A stretch of DNA of 64,000 bases from an uncultured Nitrososphaerota archaeon (GTDB lineage: Archaea; Korarchaeota; Korarchaeia; Korarchaeales; Korarchaeaceae). Shown one piece after another: positions 30,041 through 39,342 of this stretch (position 1 is the stretch's first letter; the number at the start of each line of letters is the position of its first letter). A program made the position numbers and the translations under genes. The stretch covers positions 32,001-96,000 of the forward strand of contig CAZQNA010000001.1 of the NCBI GenBank assembly GCA_964594835.1. The letters run 5' to 3'. The notes below the pieces were generated by a model. That model searched no databases and had not been told where the DNA came from. It saw nothing but the letters and a program-made list of their open reading frames with translations.

Positions 30041-30469
30041 TCACACCACCGTCATCGACACGGCGCTGAGGGTCGGCCACTTCTCGAGCGCCTCCTTGGC
30101 CACCGGACCCTTGACCTCGCTCCCCTTGGGGGTGCCGTCGTCGTTGACCAGGATGGCGGCGTTGTCCTCGAACACGACCCACTGCCCGCTCTTCCTCCTG
30201 AAGGGCTTCCTCTGCCTCACCACGACCGCCTTGAACGGCTTGTGGAGGAGGTCGTGCTTGCCCTGCTTGACGACCACCACGACCATGTCCCCCACGCTGG
30301 CGGTGGGGAGCCTGCCCTTGCGGCCCTTGTACCCCATAACCCCGATTATCTGCAGGACCCTGGCCCCCGTGTTGTCGGCGCACCTGAGCTTCGCCATCAC
30401 GGGCAGGCCCCGCGATACCCTCGGCTTCACGCCCTTCAGCTTCCGCCTTCTTACGGCTCTACGGGCCAT
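30041..30469 (-). CDS. rpl14: 50S ribosomal protein L14
   Basis: CADNTGA, VGD, FEDNAA, GPVAKEA. Confidence 0.96.
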   Translation of the reverse strand: MARRAVRRRKLKGVKPRVSRGLPVMAKLRCADNTGARVLQIIGVMGYKGRKGRLPTASVGDMVVVVVKQGKHDLLHKPFKAVVVRQRKPFRRKSGQWVVFEDNAAILVNDDGTPKGSEVKGPVAKEALEKWPTLSAVSMTVV

Positions 30470-30542
30470 TTACACCCCTCCGGAATCCCAACTCGGGGCC
30501 CCTGCCCGGGTCGGCTATAAAAAGGTTCAACGGGGCCCTCGA

Positions 30543-31937
30543 TCAGCCCGCCAGGCGTCTGGCCACGTCCCTTCCGATCACCACTCCCGACGCGGACGCC
30601 TGGACCAGCCCTCGCGAGACCCCGGCGGCGTCCCCACCGGCGTAGAGACCCTCAACGGTCTTGCTCTCCAGGTTCCCCTTGAGGTCCAGCTTTGCGGTGT
30701 GGAGCTTTATCTCGACCCCGTACAGCAGCGTGTGGTCCGAGTATATGCCCGGCATCACGTTGTTGAGGGCCTGCAGGGTCTCCAGTATGTCCACCAGATA
30801 CCTGTAGGGGTAGACGAAGCTCAGGTCTCCCGGGACCGCCCCCTCCAGCGTGGGCTCCACCACGCTCCTGGAGATCCTCGCCGGGGTGGACCTCCTCCCC
30901 CTGAGGAGGTCCCCCAACCTCTGGATGATGGGCTGGTTGTCGGCTATGTTGTTTGCCAGCCTGGCTATGTCTAGGGCGTAGGAGATGGAGTCCTTGTATG
31001 GCTCGGTGAACTTCACCGAGACCAGCAGCGCGAAGTTCGTGTTGTCGGTCTTCGAGTCCTCCCTGGCCGCCCCGTTCACGGTCACGATTCCCCAGTAGGA
31101 CTCGGTGACGACGAACCCTCCCGGGTTGACGCAGAACACCCTCACCTTGTCGTCGAAGGTCTTGGTGTAGTAGACGAGCTTGGGCTCGTAGAGGACGTCG
31201 GTGAACTCCCTCATGACCTCCGCAAGGACCTCCACCCTGACGCCTATGTCGACCCTCCCGGACTCCACCCCAATGCCCAGCCTCCTGGCCTCCGAGACGA
31301 GCCAGTTCGCGCCCACCCTCCCGGGGGCCACGATCACGTACCTGCTCGAGAGGAACTCACCCCCGGCCAGGGTGACCCCCCTGACCCTCCCACCCTCGAC
31401 CTCTATCCTCTCGACGGGGGTCCCGAACCTGAACTCAACCCCCAGCTCCTCCAGCAGCCTCCTGAAGTTCTGGAGTACCCTGTATCCGCCGTCGCTTCCC
31501 ATGTGCCTTATCCTAAACGGGATTAGGAGGAATCCCTGCCTGTAGGCCTTCCTCTTGAGCTCCGCTATGGCCCCCTCGTCGGTCCCGTAGACCCTGTCCG
31601 GGGCCCCGAGCCTAAGGTAGACGGAGTCGACGTACGAGATGAGCTCCCTCACCTGCCCGCCGTCGAGGTACTCGGCCAGCTCCCCTCCCACCCTGTCTGT
31701 CAGGTTGAGCTTTCCGTCGCTGAAGGCTCCAGCCCCGCCGAAACCTGACACGACGGTGCAGGTGGGGCAGAGGACGCACCTCCCTGTCGACTGAGCCGGG
31801 CAGCGGCGGCCAGGCAGGTCGGGGCCCACCTCCACCACCAGCACCCTGGACTCCGGCGCCCTCCTCTTGATCTCGTGAGCCGCAAACAGCCCCGTGGGAC
31901 CGGCTCCCACGATGACGACGTCGTATTCCGGAGCCAG
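30543..31937 (-). CDS. FAD/NAD(P)-dependent oxidoreductase (COG2509-like)
   Basis: YDVVIVGAGPTG Rossmann motif, Cys cluster, GGAGAFSDGKL, GDAAGVSRG; start extended to CTG 31937 so the first beta-strand is included. Confidence 0.85.
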   Translation of the reverse strand: MAPEYDVVIVGAGPTGLFAAHEIKRRAPESRVLVVEVGPDLPGRRCPAQSTGRCVLCPTCTVVSGFGGAGAFSDGKLNLTDRVGGELAEYLDGGQVRELISYVDSVYLRLGAPDRVYGTDEGAIAELKRKAYRQGFLLIPFRIRHMGSDGGYRVLQNFRRLLEELGVEFRFGTPVERIEVEGGRVRGVTLAGGEFLSSRYVIVAPGRVGANWLVSEARRLGIGVESGRVDIGVRVEVLAEVMREFTDVLYEPKLVYYTKTFDDKVRVFCVNPGGFVVTESYWGIVTVNGAAREDSKTDNTNFALLVSVKFTEPYKDSISYALDIARLANNIADNQPIIQRLGDLLRGRRSTPARISRSVVEPTLEGAVPGDLSFVYPYRYLVDILETLQALNNVMPGIYSDHTLLYGVEIKLHTAKLDLKGNLESKTVEGLYAGGDAAGVSRGLVQASASGVVIGRDVARRLAG

Positions 31938-31978
31938 CCCTATCCCTTCCGCCCCTCCGGGGCACTGCGATATTAACC

Positions 31979-32755
31979 TTATTCCCTCGCCCTCCGCCCC
32001 CCTTCGAGCTCCTCCAGCGTTCCCAGATACGTGCCGTCGAGCGATATCAGGTGGGTTGGACCCCCCACTGAGAGGAGCCTTGAGAGAGGCCCGAACCTCC
32101 TCACCAGAGATCGGGAGTTTACCACGCCCGAGCCAACGAGCCCGTTGTACGCTGGCATGACGACGACCCTCACGCCCTGGGGGATCACCCCTCCCCGCGG
32201 GGGCGGGCCCTCCGTGGAGGAGAGGACCCAGACCCTGACCAGGCTCTTTCGGCCCGTGTTCGGATCCGTGACCAGCGCCGCAGGGTGGATGTGTCCCGCC
32301 AGGATCAGCCCCGCGGACAGGACCTCCTCCAGCGGCCAGGAGTGACCGTGCACGAGCCCGGCCTTCCCCACCCGGTACCCCCGGGGCCCGACGACCCTGA
32401 CGCTCTGAGGTAGGTAGGCCTCGATCCCGCCGTCGTGATTCCCCTTCACAAGGGTCACCTCCACCCCCCTCCCCGAGAGCTCGCCCACCAGCCTTCTGAT
32501 CGTCAGGGCGGTCGACCTGCTAGGAGGTCCGACCCCGTGCTTCAGGTCGCCGAGAATCACGAGTTCGTCGGGCCTCTCCCGACCGACGAGCCCCAACAGC
32601 CGATCGGCGATCCTCTCTGAGAGTCCCGGGACGCTGATCCCCCTGAGCCCGAGCTCGTCCTCCAGACCGAGGTGGAGGTCGGCGACCACCAGCAGCCTCC
32701 TGCCCTCAACTGTAAAAGCAAGGGCCGGCTCGCCATCCACCACGGTGATCCTCAA
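31979..32755 (-). CDS. Metallophosphoesterase (ICC-like, COG1407-type)
   Basis: ADLHLG, GDLKH, GNHDG, HGH, GHIHP, MPAYN; TTG 32755 taken as start. Confidence 0.87.
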   Translation of the reverse strand: MRITVVDGEPALAFTVEGRRLLVVADLHLGLEDELGLRGISVPGLSERIADRLLGLVGRERPDELVILGDLKHGVGPPSRSTALTIRRLVGELSGRGVEVTLVKGNHDGGIEAYLPQSVRVVGPRGYRVGKAGLVHGHSWPLEEVLSAGLILAGHIHPAALVTDPNTGRKSLVRVWVLSSTEGPPPRGGVIPQGVRVVVMPAYNGLVGSGVVNSRSLVRRFGPLSRLLSVGGPTHLISLDGTYLGTLEELEGGRRARE

Positions 32756-32803
32756 CTGCCGACAGCCCCCCACCCGAGGGAGAGGACGAGGGAACTCCTC
32801 AGG

Positions 32804-33121
32804 ATGCTCCCTCCCGACAGCGCCGTGAAGGCCATCAGGGCCGTCGAGGAGGGTCGGGTGATAAGGGTAACCTCGCCGGATGGCTTCGAGGCGTGGCTGG
32901 TCGAGGGGGAGAGGGGGGCGTACCTGGTGCTCGGGGACTACTACTGCACCTGCACCGACTTCTACGTCGAGGCCCTCCTCAGGAGGGGAAGGCCCTACTG
33001 CTATCACCTGATCGCCAAGGAGATCGCCGAGTCGGAGGGTAGGGTCAGGGAGAGGAGGCTAACGAGGGGCGAGATGATCAGCCTCCTGACCAGGCTCACC
33101 GACTTCAGGGGCGACCCCTGA
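32804..33121 (+). CDS. SWIM zinc-finger protein
   Basis: YYCTCTDF...CYHLIA (CxC..CxH); start uncertain. Confidence 0.75.
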   Translation: MLPPDSAVKAIRAVEEGRVIRVTSPDGFEAWLVEGERGAYLVLGDYYCTCTDFYVEALLRRGRPYCYHLIAKEIAESEGRVRERRLTRGEMISLLTRLTDFRGDP

Positions 33122-33203
33122 CGCCGCGGCCCGTCCCGTCAGCGACGGTCGATGAACGCTTTATAAATGAGCGGAGGCCGCCGCTGCCCGAGCCTTCGGA
33201 AAG

Positions 33204-33968
33204 GTGGTGCTTTTGTCAGAGGGAGGCTCCTCAGAGGAGGTAGTGGCATCCTACCACAGGCGCATACTGAGGGAGACCATCGCCAAGAAGATAGCCGGCG
33301 ACATCCTGTTCTCCAGCGACATAGGTCTGGCGATGAGGAAGTGGAGGCAGTACTTTGGGATCAAGCAGAGCGAGCTCGCCAGGGCCCTGGAGGTGTCCGC
33401 CTCCGTGATCTCCGACTACGAATCTGGAAGGAGGAGGAGCCCGGGATCCCTCGTTCTGAGGAGGTTCGTCGAGGCCCTCCTGGAGCTGGACGAGAAGAGG
33501 GGGGGCGCCACGATCAAGACCCTCGCGAGAACCCTCGGCATCTCCGACATGCTCGTCAGCGTCGTCGACATCAGGGAGCTGGCGGCCCCGGTCGAGACCG
33601 ACAGGTTCGTAGAGGTCATAGAGGGCGAGGTCCTCGTGGAGCCCTCGGGCTCGAAGTACATATACGGATACACGGTGATCGACAGCGTGAAGGCCATAGA
33701 GACGCTCTCGGGGGCGGACTTCATGAGGCTGTTCGGATCCTCGACCGAGAGGGCCCTGATATTCACGAAGGTCTCAACCGGTAGGTCCCCGATGGTGGCG
33801 ATAAGGGTCTTCGACGTGAGGCCGGCCCTGGTCGTCCTCCACGGGCTGAAGCCGGACTCCGTCGATCCGCTGGCCATGAGGCTCGCTAAGCTCTCCAACG
33901 TGGGACTTGTGGTGTCCAAGCTGCCCGAGATCGGCGACCTGGTTGAGAGGCTCAGATCGTCCCTCTAG
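33204..33968 (+). CDS. XRE-type HTH transcriptional regulator (archaeal COG1709-type)
   Basis: IAGDI, QSELA...SVISDYESGRR, GYTVIDS, STGRSPMVAIRV. Confidence 0.88.
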   Translation: MVLLSEGGSSEEVVASYHRRILRETIAKKIAGDILFSSDIGLAMRKWRQYFGIKQSELARALEVSASVISDYESGRRRSPGSLVLRRFVEALLELDEKRGGATIKTLARTLGISDMLVSVVDIRELAAPVETDRFVEVIEGEVLVEPSGSKYIYGYTVIDSVKAIETLSGADFMRLFGSSTERALIFTKVSTGRSPMVAIRVFDVRPALVVLHGLKPDSVDPLAMRLAKLSNVGLVVSKLPEIGDLVERLRSSL

Positions 33969-34151
33969 GCGGACGCCAGGTGGGGTAGTCTGCGGCGGTT
34001 AGTCAACATTTATTTGATCTAGAGCCAGGAGGGTAAATCGCCGAGGTATCGGACCTATCTGAAGTTACTTTCTCACTAATTCTCCGCCGAAATATTTAAT
34101 AAACCGCCGGTGTTTGGCGATCGTCTAAAAAATCACGCCAAGGTGATGGCA

Positions 34152-36041
34152 ATGGCCGCAGTCCTGCTGGGGGAGGAAGACAAAGTAGTCCTGATGATGG
34201 GCAACGAGGCCATTGCTCGGGGCGCGCTGGAGGCGGGGGCTCAGTTCATCACGGCCTACCCGGGGACGCCAAGCAGCGAGGTGCTCGCCAACCTCTCCAG
34301 GGTGGCCGACAGGGCCGGGATCTACGTAGAGTGGTCGACCAACGAGAAGGTGGCGTTCGAGGCCGCCTACTCGGCGGCCCTCGCCGGGCTGAGGTCAATG
34401 ACCGTCATGAAGCACCTCGGCACCCACTGGATAGTCGACCCCCTTGCCGTGGCCGCCATTACAGGGGTGGACGCGGGCCTGGTCGTGGTCTCGGCTGACG
34501 ATCCGTACCCGCACAGCTCTCAGAGTTCGGTCGACACCAGGTTCCACGGCAGGATAGTGAACATCCCCGTGGTAGAGCCCTCTGATCCGGCCGAGGCGAA
34601 GGACCTCATAGTCTGGGCCATGGATCTGTCCGAGGAGACGGGCACCCCGGTCCTGTTCAGGTACACCACGGCCGTTGCCCACTCCAAGTCCCCGGTCAGG
34701 CTCGGGCCCCTCCGACTCGAGAGGAGGAGGCCCAGGTTCCCGAGGGACCACCCTCGCCTGGTCAGCATAGCCCCCCACGCGAGGGCCAACATCCCCAAGC
34801 TGTACGACCGGCTGGAGCGCGTCAGGGAGGCCTTCGAGAGGGAGCCCTTCGTCCAGAGGTTTGGACCGGGATCCGGGGAGTGGGGGATCATCACGGCGGG
34901 AGTCCCCCACAACTACGCAATGGATGTCCTGGCCGCGGAGGGGCTGCTGGGGGATGTTCCCGTTCTGAAGCTTGTGGCTCAGTATCCCATTCCCGAGGGG
35001 AGCGTCCTGAGTTTCCTCCGTTCGGTCGACCGGGTCCTCGTTCTGGAGGAGCTCGAGCCCTTCGTCGAGGATCAAGTCGTCAGGATAGCCAAGCTCAACA
35101 AGGTCGAGGTCGAGATCTACGGCAAGAACACCGGGCACCTGCCGAGATACGGAGAGTACAGCCCTGATATGGTTGGGGGTGTCATGAGCGACCTCTTCGG
35201 CCTCAACTACCCTGCGCAGGCGCTCGCCACGTTTGAGGAGGTCTCCTCCTCCGTGGACAGGAGGATACCCCAGATGTGCGCCGGCTGCCCGCACAGGGGC
35301 TCTTACCTGGCGATCAAGTCGGCGTTCTCGAGGCTGGGGACCGAGGGACTCGTCTTCGGGGACAGGGGCTGCTACAACCAGGGCTCGAATCCGCCCCTGG
35401 ACGCCATCGACACCTGCATAGCAATGGGCTCGAGCATAGCCATGGCCGCCGCCGCTAAGAAGGCGGGTGAGGAGAGGCCCGTGGTGGCCGTGATAGGGGA
35501 CTCCACATTCTTCCACGGGGGGCTCCCGGCCCTGGTCAACGCGGTGGTCAACCGGGCGCCGATCGTGGTGGCCGTGTTCGACAACAGGTGGACGTGCATG
35601 ACGGGACACCAGCCGAGCCCCACTTCGGGGGTGAACGCTCTCGGGAATCAGGCGCCGGTCCTGAAACCCGAGGACGTGGCAAGGGCGTTTCAGGTCCCGT
35701 TCGTTAAGGTCCTGAGCCCCTACAACCTCAAGGCCGCCGAGGAGGCGGTGGTCGAGGCCATAAACTCGGCCGAGTCTTCCGGCATGCCAGCGGTCCTCGT
35801 CTTTCGGGCCGAGTGCACGCTTCAGGTGCTCAGGCGCCTGAGGAAGAGGGGGGTAAGGCCCAAGCCCATGACGGTCAACCCCTCCGCGTGCGTGGGCTGC
35901 AAGGAGTGCATCAAGACCGGGTGTCCGGCACTGGGCTTTGACGAGGAGCTCAACAAGGCGTTCATCTACGAGGACAAGTGCACCGGGTGCACGATATGCG
36001 CGCAGGTGTGTCCAACGGGGGCCATAGTGAGGGGGGAGTGA
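34152..36041 (+). CDS. iorA: Indolepyruvate:ferredoxin oxidoreductase alpha subunit
   Basis: GNEAIARG, YPGTPSSE, NEKVA, CAGCPH, GDSTFFH, two C-terminal 4Fe-4S motifs; AGGTGA SD before ATG 34152. Confidence 0.93.
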   Translation: MAAVLLGEEDKVVLMMGNEAIARGALEAGAQFITAYPGTPSSEVLANLSRVADRAGIYVEWSTNEKVAFEAAYSAALAGLRSMTVMKHLGTHWIVDPLAVAAITGVDAGLVVVSADDPYPHSSQSSVDTRFHGRIVNIPVVEPSDPAEAKDLIVWAMDLSEETGTPVLFRYTTAVAHSKSPVRLGPLRLERRRPRFPRDHPRLVSIAPHARANIPKLYDRLERVREAFEREPFVQRFGPGSGEWGIITAGVPHNYAMDVLAAEGLLGDVPVLKLVAQYPIPEGSVLSFLRSVDRVLVLEELEPFVEDQVVRIAKLNKVEVEIYGKNTGHLPRYGEYSPDMVGGVMSDLFGLNYPAQALATFEEVSSSVDRRIPQMCAGCPHRGSYLAIKSAFSRLGTEGLVFGDRGCYNQGSNPPLDAIDTCIAMGSSIAMAAAAKKAGEERPVVAVIGDSTFFHGGLPALVNAVVNRAPIVVAVFDNRWTCMTGHQPSPTSGVNALGNQAPVLKPEDVARAFQVPFVKVLSPYNLKAAEEAVVEAINSAESSGMPAVLVFRAECTLQVLRRLRKRGVRPKPMTVNPSACVGCKECIKTGCPALGFDEELNKAFIYEDKCTGCTICAQVCPTGAIVRGE

Positions 36042-36044
36042 CCC

Positions 36045-36674
36045 TTGACGCGCGAGGAGGTCTCGGAGGTGAACGTCGTCCTGGCCGGAGTGGGCGGCCA
36101 GGGCGTGGTCGTGGCCTCGGACATCCTGGGTTTAGCCGCGGTGAGGGCGGGCCTCAACGTCAGGATAGCCAACATGCACGGGCTCGCTCAGAGGGAGGGA
36201 TCTGTGTACAGTCACGTCAGGATGGGGAGGGCCGTCTACAGCCCCAAGATCCCCCTGGGCAGGGCCGACGTCATAGTGGGATTTGAGATATCCGAGGCTG
36301 CGAGGCACCTTAGGCTGCTCAAGCCCGTCGGGGGGACCCTCATCGTGAACAACTCGCTGATGTATCCGCTGGCCCACTTCACGGGCCACGTCAGGTATCC
36401 CCCGAGGGAGGAGTTCCTCGGCCTCCTGGAGGAGAGGATCCCCTCTGGGAGGATCCACGTGATAGACGCTCCGTCTCTGGCCATAAGGGCGGGGAACCCC
36501 CGGACGGTCAACGTGGTCATGCTGGGGGCCCTGTCGGCCACAGAGATACTTCCCATACCTCTCGAGGATCTGGTGGAGGCCGTCAAGGCCAGGGTTCCGA
36601 AGTTTGCCCTCGAGGAAAATGAGAGGGCCTTCTGGATGGGATATAACGAGGTTTCTGGAGGTGGGACGAATTGA
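36045..36674 (+). CDS. iorB: Indolepyruvate:ferredoxin oxidoreductase beta subunit
   Basis: [23 protein letters not shown]. Confidence 0.92.
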   Translation: MTREEVSEVNVVLAGVGGQGVVVASDILGLAAVRAGLNVRIANMHGLAQREGSVYSHVRMGRAVYSPKIPLGRADVIVGFEISEAARHLRLLKPVGGTLIVNNSLMYPLAHFTGHVRYPPREEFLGLLEERIPSGRIHVIDAPSLAIRAGNPRTVNVVMLGALSATEILPIPLEDLVEAVKARVPKFALEENERAFWMGYNEVSGGGTN

Positions 36675-37747
36675 AGCCTCAGAGGCCGGTGGGAATCGTG
36701 GGTTGGGGGGCGTACGTCCCTCAGTACCGCATCAGGGAGGAGGATCTGGCTCAGGCCTGGGGTCGAGATTACAAGAGGTACGCATCCGGGCTGATGGTCA
36801 CGGAGAAGAGTGTGCCCGGCTTGGACGAGGACACCCTCACGATAGCCTACGAGGCCGCCCAGAACGCGCTGGCCAGGGCCGGCATAGATCCCTCTCAGCT
36901 GGGGGCCGTCTACGTCGGAACTGAGTCAAAGCCTTACGCTGTGAAGCCGACCTCGACCGTGCTGGCCGAGGCCATAGGGGCCAGTGGGGCGACCACCGGC
37001 GCCGACTTCGAGTTCGCGTGCAAGGCTGGGACAGAGGCCATTCAGGCCGTCACGGGCCTGATAGGCTCTGGGATGATCAGGTACGGACTGGCCGTCGGCG
37101 CGGACACGTCTCAGGGGGCCCCGGGAGATCCCCTGGAGTACACGGCCTCGGCCGGAGGGGCGGCGTTCGTCCTCGGTCCGGCGGAGGAGTCCGTCGCCGA
37201 GATCGTCGCCTCCCACTCCTACGTGACCGACACCCCTGACTTCTGGAGGAGGGCCCACATGAAGTACCCCTCTCACGCGAGGGCGTTCACCGGGGAGCCG
37301 GCCTACTTCCACCACATCGTGTCGGCGGCCCGGGCCCTGATGGAGGAGATGGGCACCGAGCCCCGGGACTACGACTTCGTCGTGTTCCACCAGCCCAACG
37401 GCAAGTTCCCCAGGAGGGTCGGCAAGAGGCTCGGGTTCACGAGGGAGCAGATCGAGCCGGGGCTGATAACGCCAATAATAGGCAACACCTACAGCGGGTC
37501 CTCTCTGGTCGGCCTGTCGGCGGTGCTCGACGTCGCGGAGCCCGGCGCCAAGATCCTTGTCGTATCCTTCGGCTCGGGAGCCGGCAGCGACGCCTTCCAC
37601 ATCGAGGTCAGGGACAGGATAACTGAGGTCAGGGGCCGGGCCCCCGGGCTGGAGACCTACCTGAGGAGGAAGGTGTACGTGGACTACCCCTACTACGCCA
37701 GGAGCATGAGGATGTACGTGATGCCCTCCGACGTGGGGGCCTACTGA
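36671..37747 (+). CDS. Hydroxymethylglutaryl-CoA synthase (archaeal type)
   Basis: [49 protein letters not shown]. Confidence 0.93.
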   Translation: MKPQRPVGIVGWGAYVPQYRIREEDLAQAWGRDYKRYASGLMVTEKSVPGLDEDTLTIAYEAAQNALARAGIDPSQLGAVYVGTESKPYAVKPTSTVLAEAIGASGATTGADFEFACKAGTEAIQAVTGLIGSGMIRYGLAVGADTSQGAPGDPLEYTASAGGAAFVLGPAEESVAEIVASHSYVTDTPDFWRRAHMKYPSHARAFTGEPAYFHHIVSAARALMEEMGTEPRDYDFVVFHQPNGKFPRRVGKRLGFTREQIEPGLITPIIGNTYSGSSLVGLSAVLDVAEPGAKILVVSFGSGAGSDAFHIEVRDRITEVRGRAPGLETYLRRKVYVDYPYYARSMRMYVMPSDVGAY

Positions 37748-37753
37748 CGGGAG

Positions 37754-38920
37754 GTGAGTGCCGTGCGGGATGTCTACGTGATAGGGTCGGGCCTCACGAA
37801 GGTGGGGAACCTGTGGGACAGGGGGCTCAGGGACCTGGCGGCCGAGGCTGGCTTGGCCGCCATGGAGGAGGCTGGCGTCGAGGGAGTCGACGCCGTGTTC
37901 GTGGGGAACATGATGTCCGGCATCCTGAACGCTCAGGAAAACCTGGGGGCCTATGTCGCCGACTATCTCGGCCTCTCAGGGGTTCCGGCGTTCAAGGTCG
38001 AGGCCGCCTGCGCCTCCGGTGGGGCGGCCCTGGTGAGCGCGGCCCTGGCGATAAAGTCCGGCCTGTTCGAGAGGGTGCTGGTGGTCGGCGTGGAGAAGAT
38101 GTCCGACATGACGGCCACGGAGGACGTGACTTCTGCCCTTGCCACGGCCTCTGAGGCCGACTACGAGCTCTTCTGGGGGGCCTCGTTTGTCTCCCTCAAC
38201 GCGCTCATCATGAGGGCCTACTCGAGCAGGTACGGGCTCGGCGAGGAGGACTTCGGGTGGCTGCCGATCTTGATGCACAAGAACGCTTCGGATGTTCCCT
38301 ACGCTCAGCTGCGGTTTCCAATAACGATGGAGGGATACCTGTCATCCCCCAAGATCGCAGATCCGATCAAGCTGCTGGACTCGGCCCCCATGGGGGACGG
38401 GGCCGCGGCCGCGGTCCTCTCGGCCAGGGAGAGGAGGGATGGGGAGGGGGTCTCGGTGAGGCTCGCGGGCTTCGGGTCGGCGACCGACACGGTGGCTCTC
38501 TACACGAGGGAGGACCTCGTGGAGCTGAGGGGGGCCAAGTTGGCCGCCAAGAGGGCCATGGAGATGGCGAGGGTATCTCCGGGCGATCTACAGGTTCTCG
38601 AGGTGCACGACGCATTCAGCGTCATGGGGTACCTGAACCTGGAGGCGCTCGGCGTGGTCGAGCCCGGCAAGGCCAGCAGGATGATAGCCTCAGGAGACGC
38701 CGATAGGTCGGGCAGCCTTCCCGTGAATCCTGAGGGCGGCCTGAAGGCCAGAGGACACCCAGTTGGGGCCACGGGGGTCTACCAGTTCGTGGAACTCTAC
38801 AGGCAGCTCGCCGGCAGGGCGGGCCCCGCTCAGGCGGGAAGCCCGGAGCTGGGCGCCGCCATGAACGTCGGGGGGACGGGCTCAAACGTGGTTGTGACCA
38901 TCCTGAGGAGGGTGAGCTGA
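37754..38920 (+). CDS. Acetoacetyl-CoA thiolase
   Basis: EAACASG, GVEKM, EVHDAF, GGLKARGHPVGATG. Confidence 0.93.
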   Translation: MSAVRDVYVIGSGLTKVGNLWDRGLRDLAAEAGLAAMEEAGVEGVDAVFVGNMMSGILNAQENLGAYVADYLGLSGVPAFKVEAACASGGAALVSAALAIKSGLFERVLVVGVEKMSDMTATEDVTSALATASEADYELFWGASFVSLNALIMRAYSSRYGLGEEDFGWLPILMHKNASDVPYAQLRFPITMEGYLSSPKIADPIKLLDSAPMGDGAAAAVLSARERRDGEGVSVRLAGFGSATDTVALYTREDLVELRGAKLAAKRAMEMARVSPGDLQVLEVHDAFSVMGYLNLEALGVVEPGKASRMIASGDADRSGSLPVNPEGGLKARGHPVGATGVYQFVELYRQLAGRAGPAQAGSPELGAAMNVGGTGSNVVVTILRRVS

Positions 38921-38921
38921 G

Positions 38922-39335
38922 ATGTGGGCGTTCATCCCGAGCATACCGTCGATCAAGCGGGAGATGCCCTCCCGATACAGGCTCGAGGGCTTTGAGTGCC
39001 GCGACTGCGGATTCCGTTCACTCCCACCTAGGCAGGTGTGCCCTCGATGTGGGTCGAGGAACTTGGAGAGGGTCAGGCTGCCTGGGAGGGGTAGGGTCCT
39101 ACAGCACACGGTGGTCCGCTCCGCCCCCAGGGGGTACGAGTTCTACACACCCTACGTGCTGGCCCTAATTGAGCTGGAGGACGGCACCAGGGTGTTCTCC
39201 CAGCTGACGGACGTCGACCCCGATGAGGTGTCTCCTGGCATGGAGGTCGAGGCTGTGCTGAGGAAGGTCAGGGTCGGCGGCCACGGGGGACCGGTGGCCT
39301 ACGGCCTGAAGTTCAGGCCCGCGCTCGAGCGGTGA
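38922..39335 (+). CDS. DUF35 Zn-ribbon/OB-fold scaffold protein
   Basis: CRDCG..PPRQVCPRCG, PYVLALIEL, YGLKFRP; follows the thiolase. Confidence 0.9.
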   Translation: MWAFIPSIPSIKREMPSRYRLEGFECRDCGFRSLPPRQVCPRCGSRNLERVRLPGRGRVLQHTVVRSAPRGYEFYTPYVLALIELEDGTRVFSQLTDVDPDEVSPGMEVEAVLRKVRVGGHGGPVAYGLKFRPALER

Positions 39336-39342
39336 GGACCAC

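Noticed and set aside
36671-39335. PhlABC-like acyltransferase (secondary metabolism) reading of the synthase/thiolase/DUF35 trio
   Set aside because: The adjacent HMG-CoA reductase and the intact synthase catalytic motif favour the ordinary archaeal mevalonate pathway.
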